Below, one piece after another: positions 38,820-52,578 of a stretch of 64,000 nt of DNA (positions are counted from its first letter, which is position 1; each line of letters starts with the position of its first letter). The notes below the pieces were generated by a model. The model was not told the origin of the DNA. It did not search any database and saw nothing but the letters and a program-made list of their open reading frames with translations. This DNA is from Octopus sinensis (taxonomy: Eukaryota), in contig NC_043000.1 of assembly GCF_006345805.1 (NCBI RefSeq), positions 94,302,001 to 94,366,000 on the forward strand, in the 5' to 3' direction. Position numbers and translations under genes: made by a program.

Positions 38820-40140
38820 GACGTGGTGGTGGTGGTGGTGGTGGTGGTGGCGGTGGTGGTGGTGGCGGCGGCGGCGGCGGGGGTTACAGCAATGATAGTG
38901 GTGCCATTGATAATTGATGTTGCGGTGGTAAGTTTTTAGCACTAGTAGTAGTAGTAGTAGTAGTAGTAGTTAGTAGTAGTAGTGAATATGGTGGTGGTGG
39001 TGGTGGTGGAGGTGAGTGTGGTAGCGGTGGTAGCGGTGATGCTTGTGGTGGTGGTGGTGTTTCCGGTGGTGGAGTTTGTGGTAGTGGAGGTGGTGGTGGT
39101 GGTGGTGGTGGTGATACTGTGGTGACGGCAGTAGTGATCGTAGTAGAGGTGGCGGCGGTACCTCTTGTTGTGGTGGTGTTAGTGATGGTGACGCTTGTGG
39201 CAATGGTGGTGGTGATGATTGTAGTAGTAGTGGTGGTGGTGGTGGTGGCGGTGATGCTTGTGGTAGTGGTGGTGTTGGTGATTACGCTTGTGGCGGTGGT
39301 GTTGTTTGTGGTGGTAGTGATGATGGTTGTGGTGGTGGTGGTGGTGTGATGCTTGTGTGGTGGTGGTGGTGGTGATGCTTGTGATGGTGGTGGTGGTGGT
39401 GGTGGTGGTGTTTGTGGTAGTGGTGATGGTGTTGGTGGCGGTACTTCTAGTTGTACTAATGGTGCTGGTTTATATAATTGTTATATGGAGATGGTGTTGG
39501 TTCCAGTTGTAATGGTATTAATAGTGACAGTAATGTTATTGGGTGATTGGCGATGGAGTTGGTGGTAGTGGTGGTGGTGGTGGGTGGTGGTGGTGGTTGT
39601 ACTGGCTTACCTTTTGGCGAGGGAGTGGTGCTGCTACTGCTACTGCTACTGATGATGATGAGGCTCCTGTTAGTGGTAGCGGTAGTGGTTTTGTCGGTGG
39701 TAGTAGTTGTAGTGATAGTTTTGGTGGTGGTGGTGGTGGCGGTGGTAGTGGCGGTAGTGGTGGTGGTGGTGGCGCTTGTACTTAGGTGTTGATGATAGAA
39801 GTGGTGGTGTTACTGCTGCTGATGATGATGGGGCTCCTTTTGATAGTGTTGGATGAGGAAGGATGATGGCACTGATGATGATGATGATGATGATATGTGG
39901 TGGTGGTGGTAAAGGTGGCGGCGGTGTTATTGCTTCTGCTACTGCTGCTGACGATGATGATGACGACGATGATGATGATAATGCTGATGATGCAGGTGAT
40001 TCATTGTGGCCATGATGATTATTGTAATATTGATGTTGATGGGGATGATACAATAATAGATAACAATGAAAAAGCTTCAGCGATGGTGTTGGTGGATGGC
40101 GGCTACAGTGATGTAGTATTATTATTGTTGTTGTTGTAGG
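38820..40140. repeat. GGT/GTA/GAT low-complexity tract
   Basis: Direct inspection. Confidence 0.95.
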
Positions 40141-40198
40141 CTGTGATGATTATGCTGCTGTTGGTAAAGTGATCGCTGGTGGAGATCCTAGTCATGTT

Positions 40199-40580
40199 AC
40201 TCCGTCGGTTACGACGACGAGGACTTCAGTTGATCCAATCAACAGAACAGCCTGCTCGTGAAATTAACGTGCAAATAGCTGAGCACTCCACAGACACGTG
40301 TACCCTTAACGTAGTTCCCGAGGAGATTCAACGTGACACAGAGTGTGACAGGGCTGGCCCTTTGAAATACAGGTACAACAGAAACAGGAAGAGTAAGAGA
40401 AAGTTGTGGTGAAAGAGTGCAGCAGGGTTCACCACCACTCCCTGTCGGAACCTCGTAGAGCTTTAGGTGATTTAGCTTAATAAACACTCACAACGCCTGG
40501 TCTTGGAATCGAAACCGCGATCCTACGATCCTACGACCGCGAGTTCGCTGCTCAAACCACTGGGCCATTGCGCCTCCACG
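40199..40580 (-). mobile_element. tRNA-derived SINE, family D, full length
   Basis: gaggcgcaatggcccagtggtt..ggtttcgattcc head. The body matches 63504-63790. Confidence 0.85.
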
Positions 40581-40599
40581 GAAATCCTAGTACGCATGA

Positions 40600-42110
40600 T
40601 AATTATAATAATCCTTTCTACTAAAGGCATACGACCTGAAATTTGGGTATGGGGGCTAGTCTATTACATCGACCCCAGTGTTTCACTGCTACTTAATTTA
40701 TCGATTCCGAAAGGATGAAAGGCAAAGTCGAACACAGCAGAATTTGAACTCAGAGCATAAAGAGGGACGAAATGATGATGAAGATGAGGCAGGCATTTTG
40801 CTCGGCGTGCTAACGTTTCTGCCAGCTCATAGCCTTATTAATAGCAATGGCCTGAAGTTTTGTGGGAGGGGACTAGTCGATTACATCGGCTCCGGTTCTC
40901 AAATGGTACTTAATTTATCGACCCTCGAAAGGATGAAAGGCAAAGTCGACCTCGGCAAAATTTGAACTCAGAGAATGAGGACGGACGAAATGCCGCTAAG
41001 CATTTTGCCCGTCGTGCTCACTGACTCAGTACTAATGATAATAATAATCTTTTCTACAAGGCCTTTTCATAATAATAATGTACTCAAAAGGCCTGCAAAT
41101 CTATGCGCGGGGCTAGTCGATTACATCGACCCAAGTGTGTAACTGGTATTATTTCAGCGACTCGGAAAGGATGAAAGGCAAAGTGGAACGCAACAGAATT
41201 TGAACTCAGAACGTAAAGACGGACGAAATGTCCGGTATGCTAAAAGTTCTCTCAGCTCGCCACCTCAGTAATAACAATAGTAATGATGATACCTTTAGGT
41301 ACAAGGCCAGCAATATTAGGGGAAGTCTATGTCGATTACATCTACTCCAGTGCTCAGCTGGTACAAATTTTTATCAATCCTGAAAGGATGAAAGGCGATG
41401 TCGGCCCTGGTGGAATTTGAACGGAATGTAAAAATCCGGAATAAATACCTCTAAGAAGTCTGTCAGTTTGCTGCTTTAATAATGATTTTAAATGTTTGGC
41501 CAGCAATTACTGGGGCGTGGGTGTTAGTCGATAACATCGACTCCAGTGACCGACTGGTATTTGTTTCATCGACATCGAACGCAGGAAAGGCAAATTTGCC
41601 CTCGGCGACATTTTGCATTTTGTCCGGCACGGTAACGATTCTGCCAACTTGCTTCCTTGTTAATAATCCTTTCCACTATATGCTCAAGGCTTGACATTTT
41701 GCGGGAGGGGACTAGTCGATTGCGTCGAGCCCCAGGGCTCAACTGAGACCGCAAGGATAAAATGCAAAATCGACCTCGCCGCAATTTGACCGCAAGGATA
41801 AAATGCAAAAATCGACCTCGCCGCAATTTGAACTCAGAAGTTAAAGACGGACGAAATGCTGCTAAGCATTTTGTCCGGCGCGGCAACAACTCTGCCAGCT
41901 CGTCGCCCTAGTGATAATAATTCTTCCTTTCTACTGTAGGCTGGCAGAAGGCTAGAAACTTTGAAGGGAGGTGGGTAGTCGATTACGTCAACCCTAGTGC
42001 TCCACTGGTACTGATTTTATCGACCTGGAAAGGATGAAAAGGAAACAATTCGCCCCGGACGATTTGAACTCAGAATCTAAAGAGCCGGAAGAAATACGCG
42101 TTAACGATTC
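40600..42110 (-). mobile_element. Head-to-tail cluster of at least 7 decayed SINEs sharing the family A core
   Basis: The gtcgattacatcgac..gaaaggatgaaaggcaaagtcgac..aatttgaactcag module recurs near 40660, 40876, 41116, 41331, 41527, 41715 and 41978. Confidence 0.8.
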
Positions 42111-42569
42111 TGCCGGAGATGGTTGTAATGGTAGTTCTCTGTTACTGATGTGGCGGTGGACGTAGTAGCAGTTTGGTGCTAGTGGTGGTGGTGGCGGTGC
42201 TGGTAGTGGTGGTGGCGGTGCTGGTGGTGGTTGTGATGGTATTAAATGCAGGATGCTTCTAATGCTTTTAATGGCTGAGGGAGGTGAGGATGGGAATCGC
42301 TTGAAAGGTGATGCTACTGAAATGCATCGATAACAACCCTGACATAGCAAGGTGGTGGTGGTGGTGGTGGTGGTGATTATAGTAGTGTTTGCTACTAGTG
42401 TCCGGTTGTGGTAGAAATAATAGTGTTGTAGTTGCTGTTTTTGTTTGTGGTGATGGTGGTGGTGAGGATGCTGGTATTGGTGGTTGTATTGGTAGTAGTA
42501 CTGGAGGTGGTGGCGATGATCATTATGGCGAGTGTAGAGATGATAACGATGGTGGTGGTAATGGCAATC

Positions 42570-42802
42570 AAAGGTGGCGAGCTGGCAGAAACGTTAGCAC
42601 GCCGGGCGAAATGCTTAGCGGTATTTTGTCTGCCGTTACGTTGTGAGTTCAAATTCCGCCGAGGTCGACTTTGCCTTTCACCCTTTCGGGGTCGATAAAT
42701 TAAGTACCAGTTACGTACTGAGGTCGATGTAATCGACTTAATACCTATGTCTGTCCTTGTTTGTCCTCTCTGTGTTTAGCCCCTTGTGGCAATAAAGAAA
42801 TA
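42570..42802 (+). mobile_element. SINE family A, full length, 11-bp TSD
   Basis: ggtaatggcaa at 42557-42567 and 42803-42813. Confidence 0.9.
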
Positions 42803-43474
42803 GGTAATGGCAACATCGAAACCAGTGGTGGTGGTGGTGGTGGTGACAGTGCTGGCGTCGGCGGCGGTGCTGGCGTCGGCGGCGGCGCTGGCGTCGGTGG
42901 CGATGTTGACGTCGGCGGCAGTGCTGACGTCGGTGGTGTTGGTATTGTTGTTTGTGTTATGTAGCTCCAAGTTAAAGCTGATCGGGAAGACTTGCTTCTG
43001 CTCATAGCAAAAACATTCCAACGGTGACCATCACGTCTTCCATTCCACTATAAATGGAACCAAACGTCCTTTTCTAATAAGAGAGATTTGGTTACGGTTT
43101 CTTGCATATCAGACTAAATGCTGAGCGGCATCTCTTCAGGCTTTTTACGTTCTAAGTTCTGAGTTCAAATACTGCCGAGCTCAACTTTACTTTCCACCCT
43201 TTCGGCGCAGGTGTGGCTGTGTGACAAAGAAGCTTACTTCTTAGCCACGTGATCTTGGCACGTAGAGCAAGTGGCTTCCTCGGGCCAACCAAAGTCTTTT
43301 AAGTGAATTTGGTAGACGGAAACTAAAAGAAGCCCGTCGTATACCGCAAGATAGCAGCGCGGCCAAAGATCGATGGACAACGGCGAAGGGAGATAATCAC
43401 CTCGGGATTTACTCGTAAAAACGAGGCTTTTCTCTCTCCATATTTTAAAAAGGTCTCAGGCCAGCAGTGTTTGG

Positions 43475-43531
43475 GGTCTGAAGATACGTTGTATGGCTAA
43501 ACCCCTTATGAGCGAGAAACCCAGGGTAACC
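43475..43531 (+). ncRNA. Type I hammerhead ribozyme, intact core, irregular helix II
   Basis: GGT-CTGAAGA-[31 nt]-GAAA-CCC-A-GGG-TA-ACC. Confidence 0.7.
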
Positions 43532-43575
43532 AATAAACCGGCCTACCCCACTATAATATATATATATATATATAG

Positions 43576-43652
<77 letters not shown>

Positions 43653-43800
43653 ATGTATATATTATATATATAGATGCATATTTATATATATGCATGTATA
43701 TATATTTATGCATATGTATGTATATATATATATATACATATATACATATATGTGCGAGTGCGTGTGTGTAGGTGTGATATATATATATATATACATATAC

Positions 43801-43839
<39 letters not shown>

Positions 43840-43929
43840 ATATATAATATATTATATATACATATGTATATATAGATACACACACATATATATACATATA
43901 TATATACTATGTATGTACGTATGTATATG

Positions 43930-45376
43930 GTGATAGTTGTAGTGGTGTAATGCAATATTCGTAGGATGTGGAATTCGGGCTAATGATGAGGTTTTCGACG
44001 GAAATAGTTGTTTTGTTGTCGACGTAAATTGTTGTTGTTGTTCCCCCACCTCATTCTTCGCCCTGGTGGCAAATAAAAGAAACGATCAGTAGTTGAGGTG
44101 GTGGTGATGGTACCGGTAGTAGTGGTACTTGTGGCGTTGACTGTTGTCAGCTCTGGTGGTAGTGGTAATGGCAGTGCTTGCTAACCGTGGTGATTGCGGT
44201 AGTGGTGGCGGCGGTGGCGGCGAATGCGGCGGTGGTGGTGTGGTGGTGGTGGTGGTGGTGGTGGTGGTGATGGTGGTGGTGGTGGTGGTGGCGGCGGCGG
44301 TGGTCGTGGTGGTCGTGGTGGTGGTGGTGGTGGTCGTGCTGGTGGTGGTCGTGGTGGTCGTGGCGGTGGTGGTGGTGGTGGTGGCGGCGGCGGCGGCGGT
44401 GGCAGCGGTGGCAGCGGTGGCAGCGATGCCGTTGGCGGGGATGAAACAAAACACAGAAATAACAGCGGCGATGCAACGCAGTTGAAACGCTTCCATCGTA
44501 GTATTAACAATATTTGTAATGTTCAACGTACTATGGCGTGGCATGGCGCAGTACTTTGTGGCGTACAAGCAGAGTGATGTAGTTTGAGGTCAGAGCTTTG
44601 CGGGGTAGTGGCGGTGCGGTTATAGGTGTTGTGCTTGTTGTAGGTAGCGTTGGTATTTCATTGGTGGCCACGTAGATAGTAGCATTAATGGAGATTGTGC
44701 TAATTATACGTGGTTTTCATAATGGTCGATGTTAATGGCGGTATTGTGTCGATTAGCGATGGGCACTGGGTGGATGGATGGATGGATGGATGGATGATGT
44801 AGATGGTTATGATGATGATGATGGTGATGGTAGTGATGGAGATGATGTTGATTGTAATGATGATGATGGTGATGATCATAATCATGATCATGATCATGAA
44901 ATGGAGAAGGAAAAGCAGACTGTTGTGGTGGTGGTTGTGGTGGTGATGATGATGATTGTAATGGTGCCAGAAGTGGTAGTGGTGGTAATAGTGGTGGCGG
45001 TGATGGTAGTGGTGGTAATGGTGGTGGTATTGAGGGAAGTGGTGATAGTGGTGGTGGTGAGGATAGTGGTGCTAGTAATAACGATGATGATGATGACGAA
45101 GACGACGATGGCGATGATGATGAGGATTATGATTAGGAAGGTAATGATGATGATAATGAAGGTAATGATGATGATGATGATGAAGAGAAGGAGTGGGAGG
45201 AAGTGGATAGTGGTAGTTGTTTCGGTTTTGCTGCCGGTACTGCTCATGATGATGATTGTTGTAATAGTAGACATGTGAATATTGTTAATACTGATTATAA
45301 TAGTGATTGTGGCAATGATAGTGAGTGGTGTGCTGATGGTATCGCTAGTAGTTGCAGCAGCAGCAGCAGCAGTAGC

Positions 45377-45420
<44 letters not shown>

Positions 45421-45550
45421 AGTAGTAGTTATTGTTGTTGTTGTTCTTCTTCTTGTTTTTCTTATTGTTGTTCTTATTGTTGTTCTTGTTGTGGCTATTG
45501 GGGTAGTGCTAGTGCATGTGTTAGGGGTTATGGATAAATTGTAGCTTTGG
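43930..45550. repeat. GGT/GAT/GTA low-complexity tract
   Basis: Direct inspection. Confidence 0.9.
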
Positions 45551-46318
45551 TGGCATTGATAGCTAATGGGACAAAGTTAAAGTGAAATAGCAACGGATTG
45601 GGAAGTTGTTTGCCTGCATAGGCATAGTAATTATATATGTGTATATATACGTATGTATGTATGTCTGTATGTATACACATGTGTGTGTTTGTTTGTATGT
45701 ATGTATATATATATATATAATATATATATATATATATGGTACAAAATCAAAGTGAAATGGCAATGGAATGACTAGTAAAGTGGTTTGTCTGCATAATGAC
45801 TATATGCACTTATATATGATGATTATAATATATATTGTATATATATACATACATAGATATATATATGATATTTGATCTTCATGTACATCGTAATAAGATG
45901 TATGTTACTGTAAGCATGTATAACTATTGTAATGTGTGTAATATATGTATATATATATATATATATAATATATACTATATATATATATATAATATATGCA
46001 TATATACTACATATATATATTATATTTATATATGTATATATCTATACAGACATATATATATATATATAATATATATATGTATATAATATGCATACATTTA
46101 TATATATATAATATATATTATATATAACACACACACATGTACATATTATGCATACCTGAAATGTGGATAAAAGATAACATATATATAAAATTAGGAGGAA
46201 CACAGAAAATATTAAAATAGAAAAATCACTTTCAAAACTGCATGGACCTAAAAAACCCAGAAAAATTCCTGCGTAACCCAAACACAAACGCACAAACCTT
46301 TATGCGAATATATATATA

Positions 46319-46373
<55 letters not shown>

Positions 46374-46753
46374 ATGCATGTATGTTGTAAGTGTGCATAT
46401 ATCTATGTATATATTGTTATGTGTGTATGTGTGTGTGTAGTGTAGAGTGTTGTAGTGTGTGTGGTGTATGTATATAAGTAAAACATCAGTATATATATGC
46501 CTGTATATATAGATACATTTATATGATATGACAGCAGTAAAAAAAATATGAAAGAATGATTAGAAAAAAATCATCCATTCTGATACTGGGTAAAACGCAG
46601 TCAGTGAGACGGACAGACAGACAGACAGAGGAGATAGTCAGCCTGATGGATTGATAGACATCGAGACAAGGACGGAGAGGCAGGCAGCATTTTTTGGCCG
46701 GCCAGAGCTTGTATATGTGTGTGGTGTGGTGTGTCAGCGTTTGTGAGTGTGTT

Positions 46754-46793
<40 letters not shown>

Positions 46794-47554
46794 GAGAGAG
46801 AGAGAGATTTAACATGTTGGTTCGTTTGGACGGACGGTCAATCAAGTTGGACGATCAGGTGGCTGGTTTTGTTCTGATTAATATTAAGCCTGATGGTGGT
46901 GATGGTGATGGGTGTGGTGGTGGTGGTGGTGGTGGTGGTGGTTTTCTATGGGGTTGGAAGTGGTGCAGTGATGTAGGGAGTCATAAGAATACCTTTCGTG
47001 GTGGCGACGATGATGATGCTGGCAATGATGATAATGATGATGATGGAGGGTGGAGGTGGTTGTAGTGGTGGTGATTGTAGTGTTGGAGGTGATAGTGGGG
47101 GAGGGGTGCCGGCGGGTGAAGTCTCAGCTTGGTTTGATCGGTTTGGTGAGAAGTTTCTGAATTGGCAGTAAGTCAGAAGAAAACCCTTCACCATCATCAT
47201 CATCATCATCATCATCAACCTAATAATAATAATAATGATCTTTATTACCATTATCATTATTACACATATCATCGTCATCCTCCTCCTCATCATCATCATC
47301 ATCATCATGGTCATCGTCCTCGTTCGAATCTATTTCTTCATTATTTTCATCTATAACATTATCAGCAACATTAACACGAACATTACCAGCATCCTCATCA
47401 TCGCCTTTATCATTATCATCATCATATTATCATCATCATCAGCAACAAGGCATGCATATATATAAGTGTGTGTGTGTGTATACACATACATACGTACATA
47501 TGTGTGTGCATGTATGTTTTGTATGTGTGTTTATGTATGTATGTATGTATAGAT

Positions 47555-47850
47555 ACAGTTAAATCTGGTACTTATTCAATCGGCCATTTTTGCCGTATAC
47601 CTAAGCTTCGGGGACGTAAACAAACCAACATGTTATCAAGCAGTTGTGGGTGGTTATAGCGGGCCGAGGACAAACACAACCACGCATACATGTACGCGCA
47701 CGATAGACATCATTTATACGATAGACTTCATTCAATTTCCGTCTACCAAATCTACTGAGAAGTCTTTGATTAGTCCGAGATTATAGTTGCCGCGCTTTGG
47801 GACTGAACCCGGGACCATGAGACTGGGAAGCAAATATCTTACACTTACAC
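47555..47850 (-). mobile_element. SINE family B, decayed
   Basis: Reverse complement similarity to family B. Confidence 0.7.
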
Positions 47851-47945
47851 CTATATCTACTTTAAGTATATACAGATTGTTAACTTGCACACATATGTAT
47901 GTATGTATGTGTATATATGTGTGTGTATGTGTGTGTGTTTGTGTG

Positions 47946-47978
<33 letters not shown>

Positions 47979-47979
47979 G

Positions 47980-48027
<48 letters not shown>

Positions 48028-48105
48028 TGTGTGTATGTATGCAAATATGTTGGTATGTGGGTATGTATGTATGTATGTATGAATGTACGTATGTATGTGT
48101 GAAAC

Positions 48106-48161
<56 letters not shown>

Positions 48162-48163
48162 GG

Positions 48164-48375
48164 GGAGGGGTGCTGAAAATTGCCTGGCTTTAAGGGTGTC
48201 GCGAAAGGCCCGGTTGGAGGCCCAAGAGTACCTTTACAGGGTTTAGAAACACTGAAGGACCGCTGCAATAAGTGTGTGTATCTGAGTGGGAAATATGATG
48301 AATAAAATCATAATTCGCTGATCGTCCTGTATATTCTTTTATATCCAAAGCCAAGAACTTTTCAGCACTCCCTCG
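48164..48375 (+). mobile_element. Mariner-derived MITE
   Basis: TIRs gaggggtgctgaaaattgcctggcttt and aaagccaagaacttttcagcactccctcg-TA. Internal QGLETLKDRCNKCVYLSGKYDE resembles a mariner C-terminus. Confidence 0.8.
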
Positions 48376-49121
48376 TATACATACACACACATAGGAAGAA
48401 GTTTAAAACATCAATCACGTTTTGTGTACTTTATTAATCCTATGCAGGAGTGTGTGTATCTGTGTGTGTGCGTGCGCTTAATATATATGTATGCACGGTT
48501 GTATGTATTTGTAAGGAGAATGACCGGGCTACAAGCAGATTGTTAGATAGATTCCCTCCTCCAGTATTTCTAAAGAAATTTATTTGCTAGACAGAATAAG
48601 AGATTCATTATTTCTGTGATGAGAAAAAGTGGAGCGAGAGAGAGCGAGAGAGAGAGAGTGTGGGCGTGTGTGAGTGAGAAAGGAAGAAGGGGAAGACATG
48701 AAATAGAGGAGTGCTTCTTAGAGTGGAAACCCCTACTCTCGAGGCGAAGGTAAAGATATAGATACTGAGGACAAATGGGGCAGCAAAGGGCTATAGATGC
48801 ATCTGCATAGATTTTTAAAATTACTTCTATTTAAAGTTTAATTTTAGAATTATGATAAACTGCTTGCTAGACACAATCTCAGCAACAATGACGAATAAAA
48901 TAACAATGAGAGCATCAACAATAATAACAGACTTTGAAATGTGAATAAGTAAATAAATAGAACCGAATGTATTTCACCACTACATGGAAATTGTAAGCAA
49001 TAGAGAATAATAGATAATTTAAATACACTGTCAAAAGTAGTGGCTATTTCCATCTATGCAATAAAGAAATCCACTGTACCTGTCGCGTTAGGTGACGTCC
49101 TGAAGTGTGTGTATATGCATA

Positions 49122-49803
49122 CAGGGTGTTCGGGTTAAATTTGACGTTTTTGTGTCTCTGTTTTACAAGAGTAGTTCTTCTTGTATTGGTGCACCGTCAA
49201 TGACAGTGGAAAGCATAAAGATTAAAGTGGTAGTTGAGAAAAAGTTAGCTGACATGGAGGAGTGGAAAACACCTGAGTATTGGAAAAAATCTTACCTATA
49301 TCATAATGATGATGCGCGGTGTATCGAAATGCTGACATCATGATTGCTGCTCAACACTTTGTCAACACTGTAAAGGCTGTAAAAAGTTCCTCTAAAGTTT
49401 GATCGTCTTTGGGTTGTCTTCACTGAAGGTGACGTCACACCGCCTCACATCTTTGAACAGGGTCTCAGATTAAATTAAGATGGCTATGTGAAGCTGCTAG
49501 AAATTCTGGTCAAACCATGACTGGAGAGGGTTGCTGCTGGAAGGCCATATCTGTGGCAGCAGGATTCGACTCCTTGCCATACGTCCCTAAAGAGCCAAAA
49601 GTGGAAGTAAGAGACATTCGACTTTACCAGTCCCAAATTTCTGACCTCGCAATTCCTTCTATTGTAATCCCATGGATTACTACGTGTGGGGCAAGGTTGA
49701 AAAGACACCAACAGCACCGTCTACAACACCAAGACCGAGCTGCTGGCCAAGATCAAGGAGGTATTCCAAAATCTTTCTGGGGACACAGTGAAGAAAGCAT
49801 GCG
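49122..49803 (+). mobile_element. maT/DD37D mariner, internally deleted, left TIR, truncated by gap
   Basis: TA-CAGGGTGTTCGGGTTAAATTTGAC; PPHIFEQGLRLN..GRPYLWQQDSTPCHTS..NPMDYYVWG. Confidence 0.88.
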
Positions 49804-49903
49804 NNNNNNNNNNNNNNNNNNNNNNNNNNNNNNNNNNNNNNNNNNNNNNNNNNNNNNNNNNNNNNNNNNNNNNNNNNNNNNNNNNNNNNNNNNNNNNNNN
49901 NNN
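49804..49903. other. Assembly gap (100 N)
   Basis: Run of N. Confidence 1.
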
Positions 49904-51029
49904 GTAAAGTTTGTTGTGGTGGTGATGAAGGCAGTGCTCATAGTTGTAGTATGGGTGTTAGTGATGGTTGTGACGATGGTAGAGTTGATGTATTGATGCT
50001 GCTAAGTGATGGTGGTGGCAGGAGTGGTTGTGGTGCTGCTGCTGAAGTTAGTGATGGCTTGTAGTGGTTGTGGTCGTGATAATAGCTCTGGTTGCAGTAG
50101 CAGTAGCGATGGTGGCTCTTTTGATAGTAGTTATGGTGGTGATTGGTATGGAAGAGATAGTATGGTGGTGGCAGATGTGGTGGTGGTCGCTGTTGTGTTG
50201 GCAGTTGTGGTGGTTGTAATTGTGTTAGTGGTTGTTGTGGCGGTGGTAGTGGTGGTGGTGGTGGTTGTTGTTGTTGTTGGTAGTGGTGGTGTTGATGGTG
50301 GCGGTGATGCTTCTTGATGTGGTGGCGGTCTTGGCATTAATAGAGGTGGTGGTGTTAGTGTTCTTGATGGTGGTGTTGTTGGTAGTGATGGCTTTGATAA
50401 TGGATTTAATATTGGTAGCGGCTGTAGTAGAAGTGGTAGTGATAGCGGTTCCCATTGTGGTGCTTGTGGTGAGGACGGGTGATGCTGGTGGTGGAATTGT
50501 TGGTGGTGGTCTTTTGGTTTGATGCTGATAATGGTGGTGTCGGTGTTAGTAGTAAGTGGTAGGTGGTAGTAGTCGTGGTGGTGGTAGCGGTGTCATAAAA
50601 TTTTGCTCTGTTGATTAGCCCTAAAAGAGCAGTTATGATCAGGAGGCATTCCAACTGTGACCATTCCATTTTCTTTTATCTTCTAAGACTAAATCTTGCA
50701 GATACACGATACATCCTTTATTTTTTAAAGTAGTTGGGTGTGATTTCACAAAGATTAGACTAACATTTCTAGTGTGGTTGTTCTTAGAGTTGTTGTTGTT
50801 GCTATTGTTGTTGTTGTTGTTGTTGTTCCTACTGCTGCTGTTGCTGCTGCGGTTGTCGTTGTTGTTGCTGTTGGTGGTGATGGTGACGGCGGCGGCGGTG
50901 GCGGCGGTTGCAGCGATTGTTCTGGAGTTGGTGGTGATTATGTGTTAAGGTGCGTGAGGTGGGGGGGGGGTAGAGACTGAGGAGCCGTTATCGGTTTGGT
51001 TAGTCTTTGTTTACCTTGGCGTCAAGTCA

Positions 51030-51482
51030 GTTAGGTAAGCAAATAGTTAGGGAAGTAAAACGGTGAGATAGTGAAGTAGTAAGACAGGGAACAGAAGGAA
51101 AAGAGAAAGAAGTGGAGATAGATAGATAGATAGATAGAGAGAGACAGACAGACAGACAGAGAAACAGACAAACAGACAGACAGAGAAACAGACAAACAGG
51201 GAGAGAGAAACAATAACGGATTGACAGTGAGAAGAGAGGGAAAAGAAAGATATATAGATAAAGAGAGGTGATATAGAAGGAAAGAGAGAGAGATCAGACC
51301 GACAGAAGAAGACAGAACAGGCCAGACAGACGAAGACGAGGGAGGGAGAAAGAAAGGAAAGACAGGACAGAAGAAAGAAAGAAAAGACAGAAAGAAGAAA
51401 AAGAAAAAGAAAAGAAAGAAAGAAAAAAGAAAAGAAAAAAAGAAAAGAGAAAGAAAAAAAGAAAGAGCAAAGAAAAGAAAGA

Positions 51483-51539
<57 letters not shown>

Positions 51540-51780
51540 AGGGAAGATTGAAAGGAAAATGGAAAAAGGAATAAATAAAATGAAAGAAAGAAAAAGAACA
51601 AGATGGGAAGTATATGAAAGAGAAAGAAAAATATATGTAAGAACAGAAATATGAAGAAGAAGAAAAAGAGAATGAAAGCAAGAAGCAAGAACAAAATGAA
51701 AGAATGAATCAATGAATCAATGAATGAACAGAAGGAAAACGAAAAAGAGATGAAAATATGTTCTACAGATTTGTGAAGAA
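51030..51780. repeat. Polypurine tract (GAAA/GA/GACA)
   Basis: Direct inspection. Confidence 0.9.
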
Positions 51781-52069
51781 AATAAAAATGTATTTTAAAG
51801 TTTTTATTGATGTTTAAAACGAGGTCCAGATTTTTATGTCCTATATTGGAAGTCCCTTCTTGCAGCTTGTTCACTTCATATAAATGTAAAGGCATAGCTT
51901 CGACAAAGTGTTGCATCTTTGTGCACTCTGAGATTAAATATTTCGTCCATAGGAGCTACGACCATTATCATCTGTGTTCATGTGCGTATATACACACACA
52001 CACACACACAGACAAAAACACCACACACACATACACACGAGGGCACATGTCAGCAGGCATGTGAGTCTG

Positions 52070-52260
52070 TGTCGGGCGAAATGCTTAGCGGTATTTCGTC
52101 TGCCGTTACGTTCTGAGTTCAATTTCCACCGAGATCGACTTTGCTTTCATCCTTTCGGTGTCGATTAAATAAGTACCAGTTACGCACTGGGGTCGATGTA
52201 ATCGACTTGATCCTGTTGTTTGTCTTCTGCGTTTAGCCCTCTGTGGGCAATAAAGAAATA
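52070..52260 (+). mobile_element. SINE family A, 5' truncated
   Basis: Core and tail match 42570-42802. Confidence 0.85.
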
Positions 52261-52304
52261 TATATATATATAAATACATATATATACAATCATATATACA
52301 TACA

Positions 52305-52578
52305 TAGGGAGAATTCACAGAAAAAAAGAAACAAAAGACGAAGACAGGTGGTGTAGACAACAAACAAATGTATTAGTTTAACGCTCGGGAAGTGAAAACG
52401 TCTTTAACGTTTCGAGCTTACGCTATTCCACAGAAAGGAACACAGAGAAAGAAACAAGGACAGAAAATAAAGAATGCGTAGTGGCTAGCGATCTATCATG
52501 GCGAATGCCGGACAGAAGGGTCATACAGGAGAGCTAGGAAGAAGGGGAGATAATAAAGTAGTGGTGATCCCAAAACGA
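52305..52578 (-). mobile_element. PLE-terminus-like element with mutated HHR (52377-52437)
   Basis: TTT-CTGTGGA-A-TAGC-GTAA-GCTC-GAAA-CGTT..AGCG-TT-AAA, with A6U and G10.1U changes. Confidence 0.55.

Noticed and set aside
50975-51005. CTGAGGA followed by a GCCG/CGGT hairpin
   Set aside because: No GAAA or helix III follows.
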